Shown here: piece by piece, positions 48,565 to 59,734 of the stretch | How positions within the stretch are numbered: position 1 is the stretch's first letter | How the letters are laid out: every line of letters starts with the position of its first letter | Origin: a bacterium | GTDB taxonomy: Bacteria > Patescibacteriota > Minisyncoccia > Phycocordibacterales > Phycocordibacteraceae | DNA: 64,000 nt | NCBI GenBank assembly: GCA_037200965.1 | Contig: JBBCGK010000001.1 | Coordinates: 608,001-672,000 of the forward strand | Direction of reading: 5' to 3' | Program-made: the position numbers and the translations under genes | The notes under the pieces: model-generated | What the model saw: the letters and a program-made list of their open reading frames with translations, nothing else | What the model was told of the DNA's origin: nothing | Databases searched by the model: none

Positions 48565-49029
48565 ATGCGACGTCCTCTTAAAAAGAAGCGAACCTGGCGC
48601 CCCGACCTCAAGTACGGATCGGAAGGCCTTGAGCGTTTCGTAAACGCGGTCATGTGGGACGGAAAGAAAGATACCGCCCGCGCGGTCGTCTACGGCGCGC
48701 TTGAGAAGGTAAAGGAGAGCGGCGCAGACCCGCTTGAGACGTTCGAAGCGGCTATCAGGAACGTCTCTCCTCTTATGGAAGTCCGCTCCCGCCGCGTCGG
48801 CGGCGCGAACTATCAGGTGCCGCGCGAGGTTCCCCAGCAGCGCCGTCTCGCGCTTTCCTATCGCTGGATTATCGGCGCTGCCCGCTCGAAGAAGGGCAAG
48901 CCGATGGCCGAGAAGCTCGCCGAGCAGCTCGTCCTCGCCGCAAAGAACGAAGGCGACGCCATCAAGAAGAAGGATGACATGCACCGCATGGCGGAGTCGA
49001 ACAAGGCATTCGCGCACTTCGCGTGGTAG
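48565..49029 (+). CDS. rpsG: 30S ribosomal protein S7
   Basis: Conserved S7 core. Confidence 0.9.
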   Translation: MRRPLKKKRTWRPDLKYGSEGLERFVNAVMWDGKKDTARAVVYGALEKVKESGADPLETFEAAIRNVSPLMEVRSRRVGGANYQVPREVPQQRRLALSYRWIIGAARSKKGKPMAEKLAEQLVLAAKNEGDAIKKKDDMHRMAESNKAFAHFAW

Positions 49030-49047
49030 TCATTTCATAGTATCCGA

Positions 49048-49088
49048 AACACAAAAGACGGCCGCGCTACGGCCGTCTTTTGTGTTTG
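49048..49088. terminator. strong hairpin terminator directly after rpsG (also serves the convergent minus-strand gene)
   Basis: acaaaagacggccg-cgcta-cggccgtcttttgt. Confidence 0.6.
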
Positions 49089-49151
49089 CGGCGGTGAATA
49101 CAAAGCAAAGGGTACGGTCCTGAGACCGCACCCTTTCACTCACCCCTTCTC

Positions 49152-49661
49152 TTATCCGGACCGAACGAGCTGCTGTAGCACCCGCACCTGGTCTCCTTCG
49201 TACCGGGCTGCTGCCCGAAGAGTTTCGGCCGTTTTCATCCATTCCCCGATTGCGGTGTGTATGCCGGATCCGATAACCGCTCTCAGAGTACCTGGAAGGT
49301 CGTTCTTGGCCATATCGCCGCCCGGGAGGGAATCGAAGAAAGCGTCCCAAGAGAGCCTTGCGAGACAACCGTATCCGTCTATTTTTGGGGGCGGCTTCGG
49401 GCCAACCAAATACACGCGGACGAACCCGCCTTTGACGGTGACTGGTTTCCCGTCCTTGCGTTCAAGCGAGCCGGGAACGGGAGCGTCGAGCGCCGTAAGA
49501 ATTTCATAACCCGGCGGCATATCGAATGTGACGGCCGCGATTGCTTCGAGGAATGCGCGTTCGTTTCCGTCCGGGTGACGGGCGATAGCTTCGACCGGAA
49601 TGCAATGACCGGACAATTCCTCCAAGTGCGAGAAAGCGGCGATAGAGCTGATGATGCGCAT
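49152..49661 (-). CDS. hypothetical protein (cargo of the rpsG-fusA insertion)
   Basis: 169-aa ORF. Confidence 0.4.
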   Translation of the reverse strand: MRIISSIAAFSHLEELSGHCIPVEAIARHPDGNERAFLEAIAAVTFDMPPGYEILTALDAPVPGSLERKDGKPVTVKGGFVRVYLVGPKPPPKIDGYGCLARLSWDAFFDSLPGGDMAKNDLPGTLRAVIGSGIHTAIGEWMKTAETLRAAARYEGDQVRVLQQLVRSG

Positions 49662-49759
49662 GATTTCCTCCTTGCGCTAGAACGGATTTACGGAATCGAA
49701 TCCGGAAGCACCATAGCATGGCCGTCCGGTTTTTACCCTAAGCAGCCGGATTGCCGCAA

Positions 49760-50837
49760 CTTGCACAAGTTCAGATACATATGGCACTCCTCCTAACTGA
49801 GGAGCGATGCGTCAATTCAACATACTGAAGGATACCGAGGGCTGGTTGTATATGCGCGAGCGGAGCATACGCTTCCTGCATATGAGGAACAACGACGAGG
49901 TGCGGCATCGGGTCAAGGTGCTGGACTTCTGGAAAACGCACGGGGAGCGTGCGGCCAGGGACGCCTTCAGCGTCTCTCGCCGCACGCTCTTCCGTTGGCA
50001 GGCGAAGCTCGACCGCGCGCACGGGAGACTCGACGCGCTCGATCCCAAGTCGACGGCACCGAAGAATCGGAGGAGACGCATCGTCCTCCCCGAGGTCGAG
50101 ACGTTCATCCTGAAGGAGCGCGCGGAGCATCCGAGGCTCGGCAAGGCGAAGCTCGCAGCCCTGCTGCGGGAGGACGGGTACCGGGTATCCGAATCGTATG
50201 TCGGGAGGGTCGTCGCGGACCTCAAGAGGAGAGGGCTGCTGCTCCCGCACAAGCCGCTCTCATACTATGCGCGAAGCGGCACGTATCGGGAGAAGCCCGT
50301 ATCGAAGCGCACGAAGCTGCGCAGGCGGCACAAGCGGGGCATGGAGCTCGACACCGTCGTCCGCTTCATCGACGGCGTGAAGCGGTACGTCCTGACCGCC
50401 ATCGATGTCGAGAAGAAGTTCGCCTTCGCCGGCGCGTATACCGTCCACTCCTCCGCGTCCGCCGCCGATTTCCTCGCGCGCGTCATCGCGGTGTGCCCCT
50501 TCGACATCACGGAGCTCCAGACCGACAACGGCCCGGAGTTCGCCAAGAACTTCGAGGCGGGGTGCCGCGCCCTCGGCCTCACCCACTTCAATACGTTTCC
50601 CCGCAGCCCGAAGATGAACGCGTTCGTCGAGCGGTTCAACCGGACGATCTCGGAGGACTGCATCATGCTCAATCGGCCGCTCCTGCGGGACGACGTCGCG
50701 GCATTCAACCTGAAGCTGGTCGACTGGCTGCTCTGGTACAACGCCCGGCGTCCGCACGAGTCCCTGGGACAGGTGCCGCCGCTCCGGTATATACTCTCCT
50801 CATTAACGGCCGAGGAGTGCCAGAGGTACTGGACGCG
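49760..50837 (+). mobile_element. IS481-family element (copy 2); right end truncated/overlain by IS30 copy 2
   Basis: Tpase ORF 49807..; its reading frame runs into the IS30 terminal repeat at ~50836. Confidence 0.6.
49807..50835 (+). CDS. IS481-family DDE transposase (C-terminus fused into IS30 sequence in the ORF track)
   Basis: HTH plus rve core: TDNGPEF, RPHESLG. Confidence 0.75.
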
Positions 50838-51875
50838 TACGCCTGAACCCCACTCTAACTGCAACACTCACTTCCTCAGAAATATCGAGCGCGGTGATTC
50901 GAATTTCAGACGCTTGCGCGGCCGGTCATTGAGCTTCTTCACCACATGCGCCAGCTCCTCAGGGGTGATCAGGTTGAAGTTGAGCGAACGAGGAAAGTAC
51001 TGACGCAGGAGTCCGTTGGTATTCTCGTTGGTACCACGCTCCCAAGGACGGTGCGGGTATGCGAAGTACACGGTTGCCCCGCTCTTCTTCCCGAGTCGCT
51101 TCCAGTCGGCAAATTCTGGACCGTTGTCGAGCGTGATGGTCTTGCGTTTGGCACGCGGAATATGACGGAAGCGTGCGAGCGCAAGCGACGTGAGGAGCTC
51201 GGCGCGCATCTTGGGCAACAAGTATGCAACCAGGTATCCGCTCCTGCGATCCACAAAGGTGACAATGCGGACTCGCTTGTCGCTGCCTTGCACCGTATCG
51301 CCCTCCCAGTCGCCGAGCCGGCTTCGTCGTTCAATAATCGTTGGACGGTCATCAATACGCTGCTTCTTGGCCGCTTCACGAGCCTTCTCGCGTATTTTGG
51401 TACCGCGCCTGCGACGGTATTTGCCTTTGGATGATCTGAGGAACTGCTTCAGGTGCGGAGCACGCTCCTCAATATATCGGTATATGGTGCTGGCGGAGAC
51501 TGCACCCGTCACCCCTTCAATTTGCTCAGGAGAGTGGTGGTCTTTGAGCATACGCACCACCGTGCGCAAGAGCGCACCCTTGAGCACGCGAATACTGTCC
51601 ATTGCAGCAATGCGTTTCAGCTTCTTCTTTCTGCGTACTTCGCGTACATCATATCCCTCACGTCCGCCGTATTCGTTCACATGACGAGAGATCGATCCTG
51701 CATCCTTCTCAAGCGTACGTGCGATCTCTCGGATCGCGTGTCCTGCCCGCAGCATGCGGGCAATCACCGGCCAGTCTCCTGGCCCAATCTGGGTATGTGC
51801 CATATCCAGAGAGTGTGGAACCCAAAAGAGCTGTTGCAATTAGCCTGCAAACTTTGTTGCGATTAGGGTGGGGAT
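50838..51875 (-). mobile_element. IS30-family insertion sequence (copy 2, a different IS30 member)
   Basis: Tpase 50868..51839; IRs gtgttgcagttagagtgg (left, minus) and gttgcgattagggtgg (right). Confidence 0.7.
50868..51839 (-). CDS. IS30-family DDE transposase
   Basis: DDE domain, ...LNDRPRKRLKFESP C-terminus. Confidence 0.8.
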   Translation of the reverse strand: MQQLFWVPHSLDMAHTQIGPGDWPVIARMLRAGHAIREIARTLEKDAGSISRHVNEYGGREGYDVREVRRKKKLKRIAAMDSIRVLKGALLRTVVRMLKDHHSPEQIEGVTGAVSASTIYRYIEERAPHLKQFLRSSKGKYRRRRGTKIREKAREAAKKQRIDDRPTIIERRSRLGDWEGDTVQGSDKRVRIVTFVDRRSGYLVAYLLPKMRAELLTSLALARFRHIPRAKRKTITLDNGPEFADWKRLGKKSGATVYFAYPHRPWERGTNENTNGLLRQYFPRSLNFNLITPEELAHVVKKLNDRPRKRLKFESPRSIFLRK

Positions 51876-51962
51876 TCACCTACACAACTTTGACAGACCT
51901 TTGTCTATAGGTTATTATATCCATGGATTCCCGAGTGGCGGGACAGACAAAGGGAGACGTGC

Positions 51963-52391
51963 ATGAACAATCCTGAATTCCGCGAACTCGCGCAGGAAAT
52001 CGATCTGTTTTTGTATTCGGCTGACGGCGAGCGCATCACCGACTATCTGAAGTTCCATGAGAAGCGTATCGTCCTGTTCCGCTCCACGGACTTGGGCGTA
52101 TACCGCTGCTACGGCCTCATGTATGCGGGCTTCGCCTGCTGGGCGGATGCCGACGTCGAGCCCGACGCTGACCCGGCGCTTCGTTCGCTTGACGCTGAGT
52201 CATTCGTCGCGCGCTGGTTCAAGGAAACGGGCGACAACTCCGCCGCGTCGCTCGTCGAAGCGATCAGGCAGGGTTATAGGCGGTTGTGCGAAGAGGATGA
52301 AAACCCCCCGCTCACTGGCCTTGTCCTCGGAATTATCGTTTTCCTCGCCGTTTTCATCTTCCTTGGACTCAAGATCACGGGTCATCTCTGA
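51963..52391 (+). CDS. hypothetical protein with C-terminal TM anchor
   Basis: 142 aa, C-terminal LVLGIIVFLAVFIFLGL. Confidence 0.35.
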   Translation: MNNPEFRELAQEIDLFLYSADGERITDYLKFHEKRIVLFRSTDLGVYRCYGLMYAGFACWADADVEPDADPALRSLDAESFVARWFKETGDNSAASLVEAIRQGYRRLCEEDENPPLTGLVLGIIVFLAVFIFLGLKITGHL

Positions 52392-52549
52392 CGGCCCGTT
52401 CGCAAGAACCGGTACAACACTTGGGCGCGGGCCCGGACCACAAATCCGGGCCTTTGCTTTTCCTAGAAAACCCGCTACTCTATGGATAACGCCTCGGCGC
52501 TTTTATTTTTACCGCTTCCAGACACAACACATCCCTTACGTACTAGTAT

Positions 52550-54697
52550 ATGAACCGCGACTACCCGCTTGAGAAAGTCAGGAACTTCGGAATCATCGCC
52601 CATATCGACGCCGGAAAGACCACCACGTCCGAGCGCATTTTGTATTACACCGGTTCCCAGCACAAAATCGGCGAGGTGCACGACGGAGAGACCACGACCG
52701 ACTGGATGGAGCAGGAGCGGGAGCGCGGCATCACCATCACGGCCGCCGCCATCACCTCCTTCTGGACCCGCACCAGCGAGCCGGACAAGAAGGACGTTTC
52801 GAAAAAGTTCCGCTTCAACATCATCGACACGCCGGGACACATCGACTTCACGGTCGAGGTGAAGCGGTCCATGCGCGTCCTTGACGGCGCGGTCGTCGTT
52901 TTCGACGGCGTCGCGGGCGTCGAGCCGCAGTCGGAGACCAACTGGCGCTATGCGGACGAGGCCAATGTGCCGCGCCTCTGTTTCATCAACAAGCTCGATC
53001 GCACGGGCGCATCGTTCGAGTTCTCCTATAAGAGCATTCTCGACCGCCTCTCGAAGAAGGCCGTGCGCATGCAGATCCCGGTGGGAGAGGAAGACCAGCA
53101 CGAAGGCGTCATCGACCTCCTTTCCATGAAGGCTTTCACCTTCACGGGCAACATGGGCGACATCGTGACCGAGGGAGAGATCCCGGCGAACCTCCTTGAG
53201 GACGCGAAGAAATACCGCGCAGAGCTCATCGAGCGGATCGTCGAGCACGACGAGGCGGCGATGAGCGCGTATCTTGAGGGCAGGGAGCCCGAAGTGGCGG
53301 AGCTTAAGACGATTCTCCGCAAGGCCGTGATCGCGAACGCGATCTTCCCGGTCTTCACCGGTTCCGCGCTCAAGAACAAGGGCGTGCAGCTCGTGCTTGA
53401 CGCCGTCGTCGACTATCTCCCGTCGCCTCTCGACATGCCGCCCGTCAAAGGCATCAACCCGAAGACCGGCGAGGAGGTCGTCCGCAGGGCTTCCGACGAC
53501 GAGCCGTTCACCGCGCTTGCCTTCAAGCTCCAGACCGATCCGTTCGTCGGTGCCCTTACGTTCTTCCGCGTCTATGCGGGAACTTTGACCGCAGGCTCGT
53601 ACGTATACAACTCGACGACCGGCAGCAAGGAGCGCGTCGGCCGCATCGTGCGGCTTCAGGCTGATAAGCGCGAGGAAGTGGAGAAGGTGTTCGCGGGAGA
53701 GATCGCGGCGGCCGTAGGTCTCAAGGACACGAAGACTGCGCACACGCTCTGCGACGAGGCGAATCCGATCATCCTCGAGACTATCAAGTTCCCGGAGCCG
53801 GTGGTATCGCTTCGCATCGAGCCGAAAACCAAGGCCGACCAGGAGAAAATGGGCATGGCGCTCAAGAAGCTCTCCGACGAGGACCCGACCTTCCGCGTCA
53901 CCTCGGACGCCGAAACCATGGAGACCATCATCTCGGGGATGGGCGAGCTGCATCTCGAGATTCTGGTCGACCGCATGCAGCGGGAGTTCAACGTGGGCGC
54001 GAATGTCGGGAAGCCGCAGGTGGCATACCGCGAGACGGTGCTCGGCGCGTCCGATGCCGAAGGCAAGTACATCAAGCAGACCGGCGGCAAGGGCCAGTAC
54101 GGGCATGTGAAGATCAAGATGAAGCACCTCGAGCCTTTGGACCCTGAAGCGAAGATTCCGAAGAACGTCACGCGCGAAGCCAATTTCGAATTCATCAACA
54201 ACATCAAAGGCGGCGTGGTGCCGGCTGAGTTCATCGCTCCCGTCGAGAAGGGTATCCGCGAGTCGATGGCGCGCGGCATTCTCGCGGGCTTCCCGGTCGT
54301 CGACATCTCCGTCGACCTCTACGACGGTTCGTACCACGACGTGGACTCCTCGGAAATCGCCTTCAAGATCGCGGCATCGATGGCCTTCAAGGAAGCCGCG
54401 ACCCGCGCGAAGCCGGTGATTCTCGAGCCGATCATGAAAGTGGAGGTGGTGGTGCCGGAGAAGTTCATGGGCGACATCACGGGGAACCTCTCCGGGAAGC
54501 GCGCTTCGATCGAAGGCATGGAAGAGCGCGGCATGAACAAGGCGGTGCACGCCAAGGTGCCGCTCTCCGAGATGTTCGGGTATACGACGACGCTGCGCTC
54601 CATGACCGAGGGCCGCGGCTCCATGACCATGGAATTCGACCACTACGAAGTCGTGCCCCAAAACGTCGCGCAGGACATCATCGCGAGCAGGAAGTAG
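52550..54697 (+). CDS. fusA: elongation factor G
   Basis: G1-G5 GTPase motifs ([18 protein letters not shown]), domains II-V. Confidence 0.95.
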   Translation: MNRDYPLEKVRNFGIIAHIDAGKTTTSERILYYTGSQHKIGEVHDGETTTDWMEQERERGITITAAAITSFWTRTSEPDKKDVSKKFRFNIIDTPGHIDFTVEVKRSMRVLDGAVVVFDGVAGVEPQSETNWRYADEANVPRLCFINKLDRTGASFEFSYKSILDRLSKKAVRMQIPVGEEDQHEGVIDLLSMKAFTFTGNMGDIVTEGEIPANLLEDAKKYRAELIERIVEHDEAAMSAYLEGREPEVAELKTILRKAVIANAIFPVFTGSALKNKGVQLVLDAVVDYLPSPLDMPPVKGINPKTGEEVVRRASDDEPFTALAFKLQTDPFVGALTFFRVYAGTLTAGSYVYNSTTGSKERVGRIVRLQADKREEVEKVFAGEIAAAVGLKDTKTAHTLCDEANPIILETIKFPEPVVSLRIEPKTKADQEKMGMALKKLSDEDPTFRVTSDAETMETIISGMGELHLEILVDRMQREFNVGANVGKPQVAYRETVLGASDAEGKYIKQTGGKGQYGHVKIKMKHLEPLDPEAKIPKNVTREANFEFINNIKGGVVPAEFIAPVEKGIRESMARGILAGFPVVDISVDLYDGSYHDVDSSEIAFKIAASMAFKEAATRAKPVILEPIMKVEVVVPEKFMGDITGNLSGKRASIEGMEERGMNKAVHAKVPLSEMFGYTTTLRSMTEGRGSMTMEFDHYEVVPQNVAQDIIASRK

Positions 54698-54715
54698 CTT
54701 CCTGAGTATCAGGCA

Positions 54716-54748
54716 AAACCCCGGCGTGCTGTGCACGCCGGGGTTTTG
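54716..54748 (+). terminator. rho-independent terminator after fusA
   Basis: aaaaccccggcgtgc-tgt-gcacgccggggtttt. Confidence 0.6.
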
Positions 54749-54936
54749 CTCATCTTTCCGCTTCTTGCAATCTTCAGGGCGTTCGGTTACATTCAACATA
54801 ACGCAGGCCTGCGGCTTTTTGCTGTTTCAGCGGGAAGTCGCGCCGCGGCAATTATCCGATTCGCGTCTTGCGCCTTGGTCGCCTGCCCTTCGCAGGCAGG
54901 CGCGCGCGGTAACAGTTCCGATAACTTTACAATCAT

Positions 54937-56139
<1,203 letters not shown>

Positions 56140-56162
56140 GGTTCCAATCGGTTCGAAAAAGA

Positions 56163-56190
56163 AAAGCCCCGGCCTTGGCCGGGGCTTTTC
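56163..56190 (+). terminator. rho-independent terminator after tuf
   Basis: aaaagccccggcc-ttgg-ccggggctttt. Confidence 0.6.
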
Positions 56191-56236
56191 TACTTGCGCT
56201 TTTAGCGGCCATGGTGCATACTCGCGGATACGTTCT

Positions 56237-56617
56237 ATGACAGCAGCGACGATCACTCCGAAGCCCAAGCGCGCCTCGAAAAAGGCGGCTGATGTCGCTG
56301 TACCTCCTGCCGAAGCGAAGCTCCGCATCCGCATCAAGGCCTACGAGCACAAGATCCTCGACCTTTCCGTAAAGCAGATCATGGATACCGCGGCACGTTT
56401 CGACGCGAAGGTCGTGGGCCCGGTGCCGCTCCCGACCGAGATCAAGCGCTGGACGGTAAACCGTTCGACATTCGTCCATAAGGACGCGCGCGAGCAGTTC
56501 GAGATGCGCATCCATAAGCGTCTTATCGACATTCTCTCCCCGAATCCGAAAGTGATCGAAGCGCTGACGAATCTCAATCTTCCGTCGGGCGTCACGATCG
56601 ACGTGAAGATGGTGTAG
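56237..56617 (+). CDS. rpsJ: 30S ribosomal protein S10 (with ~23-aa N-terminal extension)
   Basis: LRIRIKAYEHKILD... S10 core. Confidence 0.85.
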   Translation: MTAATITPKPKRASKKAADVAVPPAEAKLRIRIKAYEHKILDLSVKQIMDTAARFDAKVVGPVPLPTEIKRWTVNRSTFVHKDAREQFEMRIHKRLIDILSPNPKVIEALTNLNLPSGVTIDVKMV

Positions 56618-56640
56618 CCGTATTTTAAAAGGAATGAAGA

Positions 56641-56668
56641 AAACCGCCGGTAGGCGGTTTCCTTTTTT
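56641..56668 (+). terminator. rho-independent terminator after rpsJ (unusual inside an S10 operon)
   Basis: aaaccgcc-ggta-ggcggttt then cctttttt. Confidence 0.55.
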
Positions 56669-56724
56669 GTGCTGAAGGCAGGGCCTGTGCTAGGCTTTGA
56701 CGGGACAACTGTGAAGGTAGATCT

Positions 56725-56898
56725 ATGGGTCAAATGAAACGTTTGTGGGGAAAGTTGCAGACTGAAGGCAGGCAACCTCCCAAGGCCGGAAAGACGTCTG
56801 ATCAACTCGGTCTTCACCTTGATGAAGAGGCTCCGGTTGCTCACGACGGGAAGCCGGGCCGGCTCTTCTATCTGGATAAGCCAGAAAATGGAGAGTGA
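56725..56898 (+). CDS. 57-aa ORF between rpsJ and rplC
   Basis: MGQMKRLWGKLQTEGRQPPKAGK...; flanked by hairpins at 56641-56668 and 56923-56950; no clear SD. Confidence 0.2.
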   Translation: MGQMKRLWGKLQTEGRQPPKAGKTSDQLGLHLDEEAPVAHDGKPGRLFYLDKPENGE

Positions 56899-57072
56899 GC
56901 TTCCGGCGCTACACACCTAACAAAGGCCGCGGGCGAAAGCCCGCGGCCTTGGAGTTTGCATCTTTCGGAGCCTTCGTGTAGAGTGCCCCTATCGCTACGA
57001 ACGGTGCCCTTGGCCGGTCCAATGGCAATTCGCGCTGCTGCGATTGCTGCTAGCGCGTTTTGCTTTAGCCAC

Positions 57073-57705
57073 ATGAAATTCCTACTCGCAAAGAAACAGG
57101 GCATGACCCAGATCTTCACCGACAAAGGCGAGGCTTTTGCCGGTACCGTCCTCGTCGCGGGCCCCGTTACCGTCACTCAGGTGAAGGGCAAGGAGAAGGA
57201 AGGATATTCGGCCGTGCAGGTAGGCTTTGGCGCCCGCAAAGCGAAGAACCTCTCGAAGCCCGTTGCAGGACATCTGAAGGGGAAGAGCTTCGCGGCGCTC
57301 CGCGAGTTCCGCACGGACGATGCGTCCGCGCACGAACTCGGCTCCGAAATTTCCGTCGACACGTTCGCTCCGGGAGACATCGTCCGCGTCTCGGGCGTCA
57401 CCAAGGGCAAGGGTTTCCAGGGCACCGTGAAGCGCCATGGTTTCCACGGCGGGCGCCGCACGCACGGCCAGAAGCACTCGGAGCGCGAGCCGGGGTCGAT
57501 CGGCGGATCGGGCGGCCGCGCCGGAGGCCGGGTCGCGAAGGGCATCCGCATGAGCGGGCGCATGGGCGGCGACCGTGTTACGGTCGAGAACCTGAAGGTG
57601 CTGTCGGTCGACACGAAGGCGGGCACGATCATCATTTCGGGAGCGGTTCCGGGCGCACGCGGCGCGCTTCTTGAGATAACGTCGATGCACGGCAAGAGCG
57701 CATAA
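57073..57705 (+). CDS. rplC: 50S ribosomal protein L3
   Basis: MKFLLAKKQGMTQIF... start, L3 core; the ORF-track N-extension is rejected. Confidence 0.9.
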   Translation: MKFLLAKKQGMTQIFTDKGEAFAGTVLVAGPVTVTQVKGKEKEGYSAVQVGFGARKAKNLSKPVAGHLKGKSFAALREFRTDDASAHELGSEISVDTFAPGDIVRVSGVTKGKGFQGTVKRHGFHGGRRTHGQKHSEREPGSIGGSGGRAGGRVAKGIRMSGRMGGDRVTVENLKVLSVDTKAGTIIISGAVPGARGALLEITSMHGKSA

Positions 57706-57713
57706 ATTTCCGT

Positions 57714-58472
57714 ATGGCAACCAACAACACGAAAAACAAGAATAAGCTGAATGCCAAAAAGGTTGCGCCTAAGAAGGCGGTCGTTCCCGCTGCTCCGGCG
57801 AAGGTGCTTGAGGCCACGGTGTACGACATGAAGGGCAAGAGCGCCGGGACCATTACGCTTCCGGCAGAAATCTTCGGCAAGCCGTGGCGCCCGGCCATGG
57901 TGCACCAGGTCGCGCTCGCGATGGAAGCGAACGCCCGCCCGGTCGTGGCGAACACGAAGGGCCGCGGCGAAGTGCGCGGCGGAGGCAGGAAGCCCTGGAA
58001 GCAGAAGGGCACCGGCCGCGCTCGCCACGGCTCCTCGCGCTCTCCTATCTGGAGGGGCGGCGGCATCACCTTCGGCCCGACTTCCGAGCGCTCCTACAAG
58101 GAGAAGATCAACCGCAAGCTCCGCGTCGCCGCGCTCTTCTCCGTGCTTTCGAAGAAAGCGAAGGACGGCGAAGTGCTCTTCGTCGACAAATTCACCATGG
58201 GCGCTCCGAAGACCGCCGTGGCCAAGGCCGCGCTCGTCGCGATCGGCTCCGCCGCGGGTGCCGACCGCCTTACGACCAAGGCCAGGAATTCCGCGGTTAT
58301 CGCGCTTGGAAGCAAGAACCTCATGATCGAGAAGAGCTTCCGTAATATCGGCAACCTCGTCGTCGAAGAAGTCAGGAACCTCAACCCGGTGACGCTTCTC
58401 AAGTACCGCTATCTCATAATCGAGCAGCCTGCCGAGGCGTTCAAGACGCTCACGGCGCGCTCCGCAAAATAA
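57714..58472 (+). CDS. rplD: 50S ribosomal protein L4 (N-terminal K/A-rich extension)
   Basis: Conserved L4 core. Confidence 0.9.
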   Translation: MATNNTKNKNKLNAKKVAPKKAVVPAAPAKVLEATVYDMKGKSAGTITLPAEIFGKPWRPAMVHQVALAMEANARPVVANTKGRGEVRGGGRKPWKQKGTGRARHGSSRSPIWRGGGITFGPTSERSYKEKINRKLRVAALFSVLSKKAKDGEVLFVDKFTMGAPKTAVAKAALVAIGSAAGADRLTTKARNSAVIALGSKNLMIEKSFRNIGNLVVEEVRNLNPVTLLKYRYLIIEQPAEAFKTLTARSAK

Positions 58473-58474
58473 CC

Positions 58475-58879
58475 ATGGCTATTTTTTCCAAATCAACCCC
58501 CAAGAAGGCCAAGATGCCGAAGAAAGTAACGGTATCCCCGAACGCCGGAGCGCGCGTGCTCAAGTCTTCCCGCGGCCGCGGCGTTTCCGCCTCGACCGGC
58601 CGCACCTCCGACGTGCTTCGCGCACCGTGGCTTTCGGAAAAGGCGCTTATCGCGACCGAGCGCGGCGTGTACGTGTTCGCCATTCCCGAGAAGGCGACGA
58701 AGTACGACGTGGCCGCGGCGGTTACCGCCATCTACAAAGTCACCCCGAAGAAAGTGAACATCGTGAACCTTCCGGCGAAACTTAAGATGATGCGCACGCG
58801 CCGCGGGCTCGGCAAGCAAAGCGTCCGCCGGAAGGCATACGTATTCCTTCAGGCCGGAGACACCATTCAATTCGCATAA
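58475..58879 (+). CDS. rplW: 50S ribosomal protein L23
   Basis: Conserved L23 core. Confidence 0.9.
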   Translation: MAIFSKSTPKKAKMPKKVTVSPNAGARVLKSSRGRGVSASTGRTSDVLRAPWLSEKALIATERGVYVFAIPEKATKYDVAAAVTAIYKVTPKKVNIVNLPAKLKMMRTRRGLGKQSVRRKAYVFLQAGDTIQFA

Positions 58880-58885
58880 ACCCTT

Positions 58886-59734
58886 ATGAAATCCTATCGC
58901 CCGACCAGCAAGAGCCGCCGTGCCATGACGACGCTCCCGTACAAGGAGCTCCTTTCCGGCGCGAAGCCGCATAAGCCGCTCATGGGCTCGAAGAAGCGCC
59001 AAGGGGGCCGCAACAACGCGGGCCGCGTGAGCGTCCGGCACCAGGGCGGCGGGCACAAGCGCCTCTATCGCGACGTCGATTTCAAGTACGACAAGAAAGG
59101 AATCCCGGCGAAGATCGAGACCGTCGAATATGATCCGTATCGCTCGGGCTTCATCGCGCTCGCGCTCTATGCCGACGGCGCCCGCCGCTACGTGCTCGCG
59201 CCCAAGGGTCTTTCGGTCGGCGATTCCTTCATCGTCGCCGAGGATGCGCCGCTTAAGAGCGGCAACCGACTCCCGATCGGGAAGATTCCCGTCGGCACCT
59301 TCATCTATAACGTCGAACTTCGCCCGGGCGCAGGCGCGCTTCTCGCCCGTTCTGCGGGAAACTACGCGGAAGTGGTCGCGCACGACCAGGGCTATGCTCA
59401 GGTTAAATTGCCGTCGACCGAAATCCGCAGGGTGTCCGATCTTTGCTGGGCTTCGGTGGGTTCGGTGGGGAACGAGGAATACAATCTCGTGAACCTCGGT
59501 AAGGCGGGCCGCTCGCGCTGGCTTGGCATCCGCCCGACGGTTCGCGGTACGGCCATGAACCCGGTCGACCATCCGCATGGCGGCGGCGAAGGAAGGCAGG
59601 GCCGCGGACTCAGGAGGGCGAAGAGCGCCTGGGGCAAGCCGACCGGCAAAGGCCAGAAGAGCCGCACGCCGAAGAAGTACTCGAACGTCTTCATCGTCTC
59701 GAGGAGGAAAGTCGGGAAGAAGAGGAAAGGATAA
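58886..59734 (+). CDS. rplB: 50S ribosomal protein L2
   Basis: Conserved L2 core (GRNxxGRITxRHxGGGHK-like: GRVSVRHQGGGHKR). Confidence 0.9.
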   Translation: MKSYRPTSKSRRAMTTLPYKELLSGAKPHKPLMGSKKRQGGRNNAGRVSVRHQGGGHKRLYRDVDFKYDKKGIPAKIETVEYDPYRSGFIALALYADGARRYVLAPKGLSVGDSFIVAEDAPLKSGNRLPIGKIPVGTFIYNVELRPGAGALLARSAGNYAEVVAHDQGYAQVKLPSTEIRRVSDLCWASVGSVGNEEYNLVNLGKAGRSRWLGIRPTVRGTAMNPVDHPHGGGEGRQGRGLRRAKSAWGKPTGKGQKSRTPKKYSNVFIVSRRKVGKKRKG

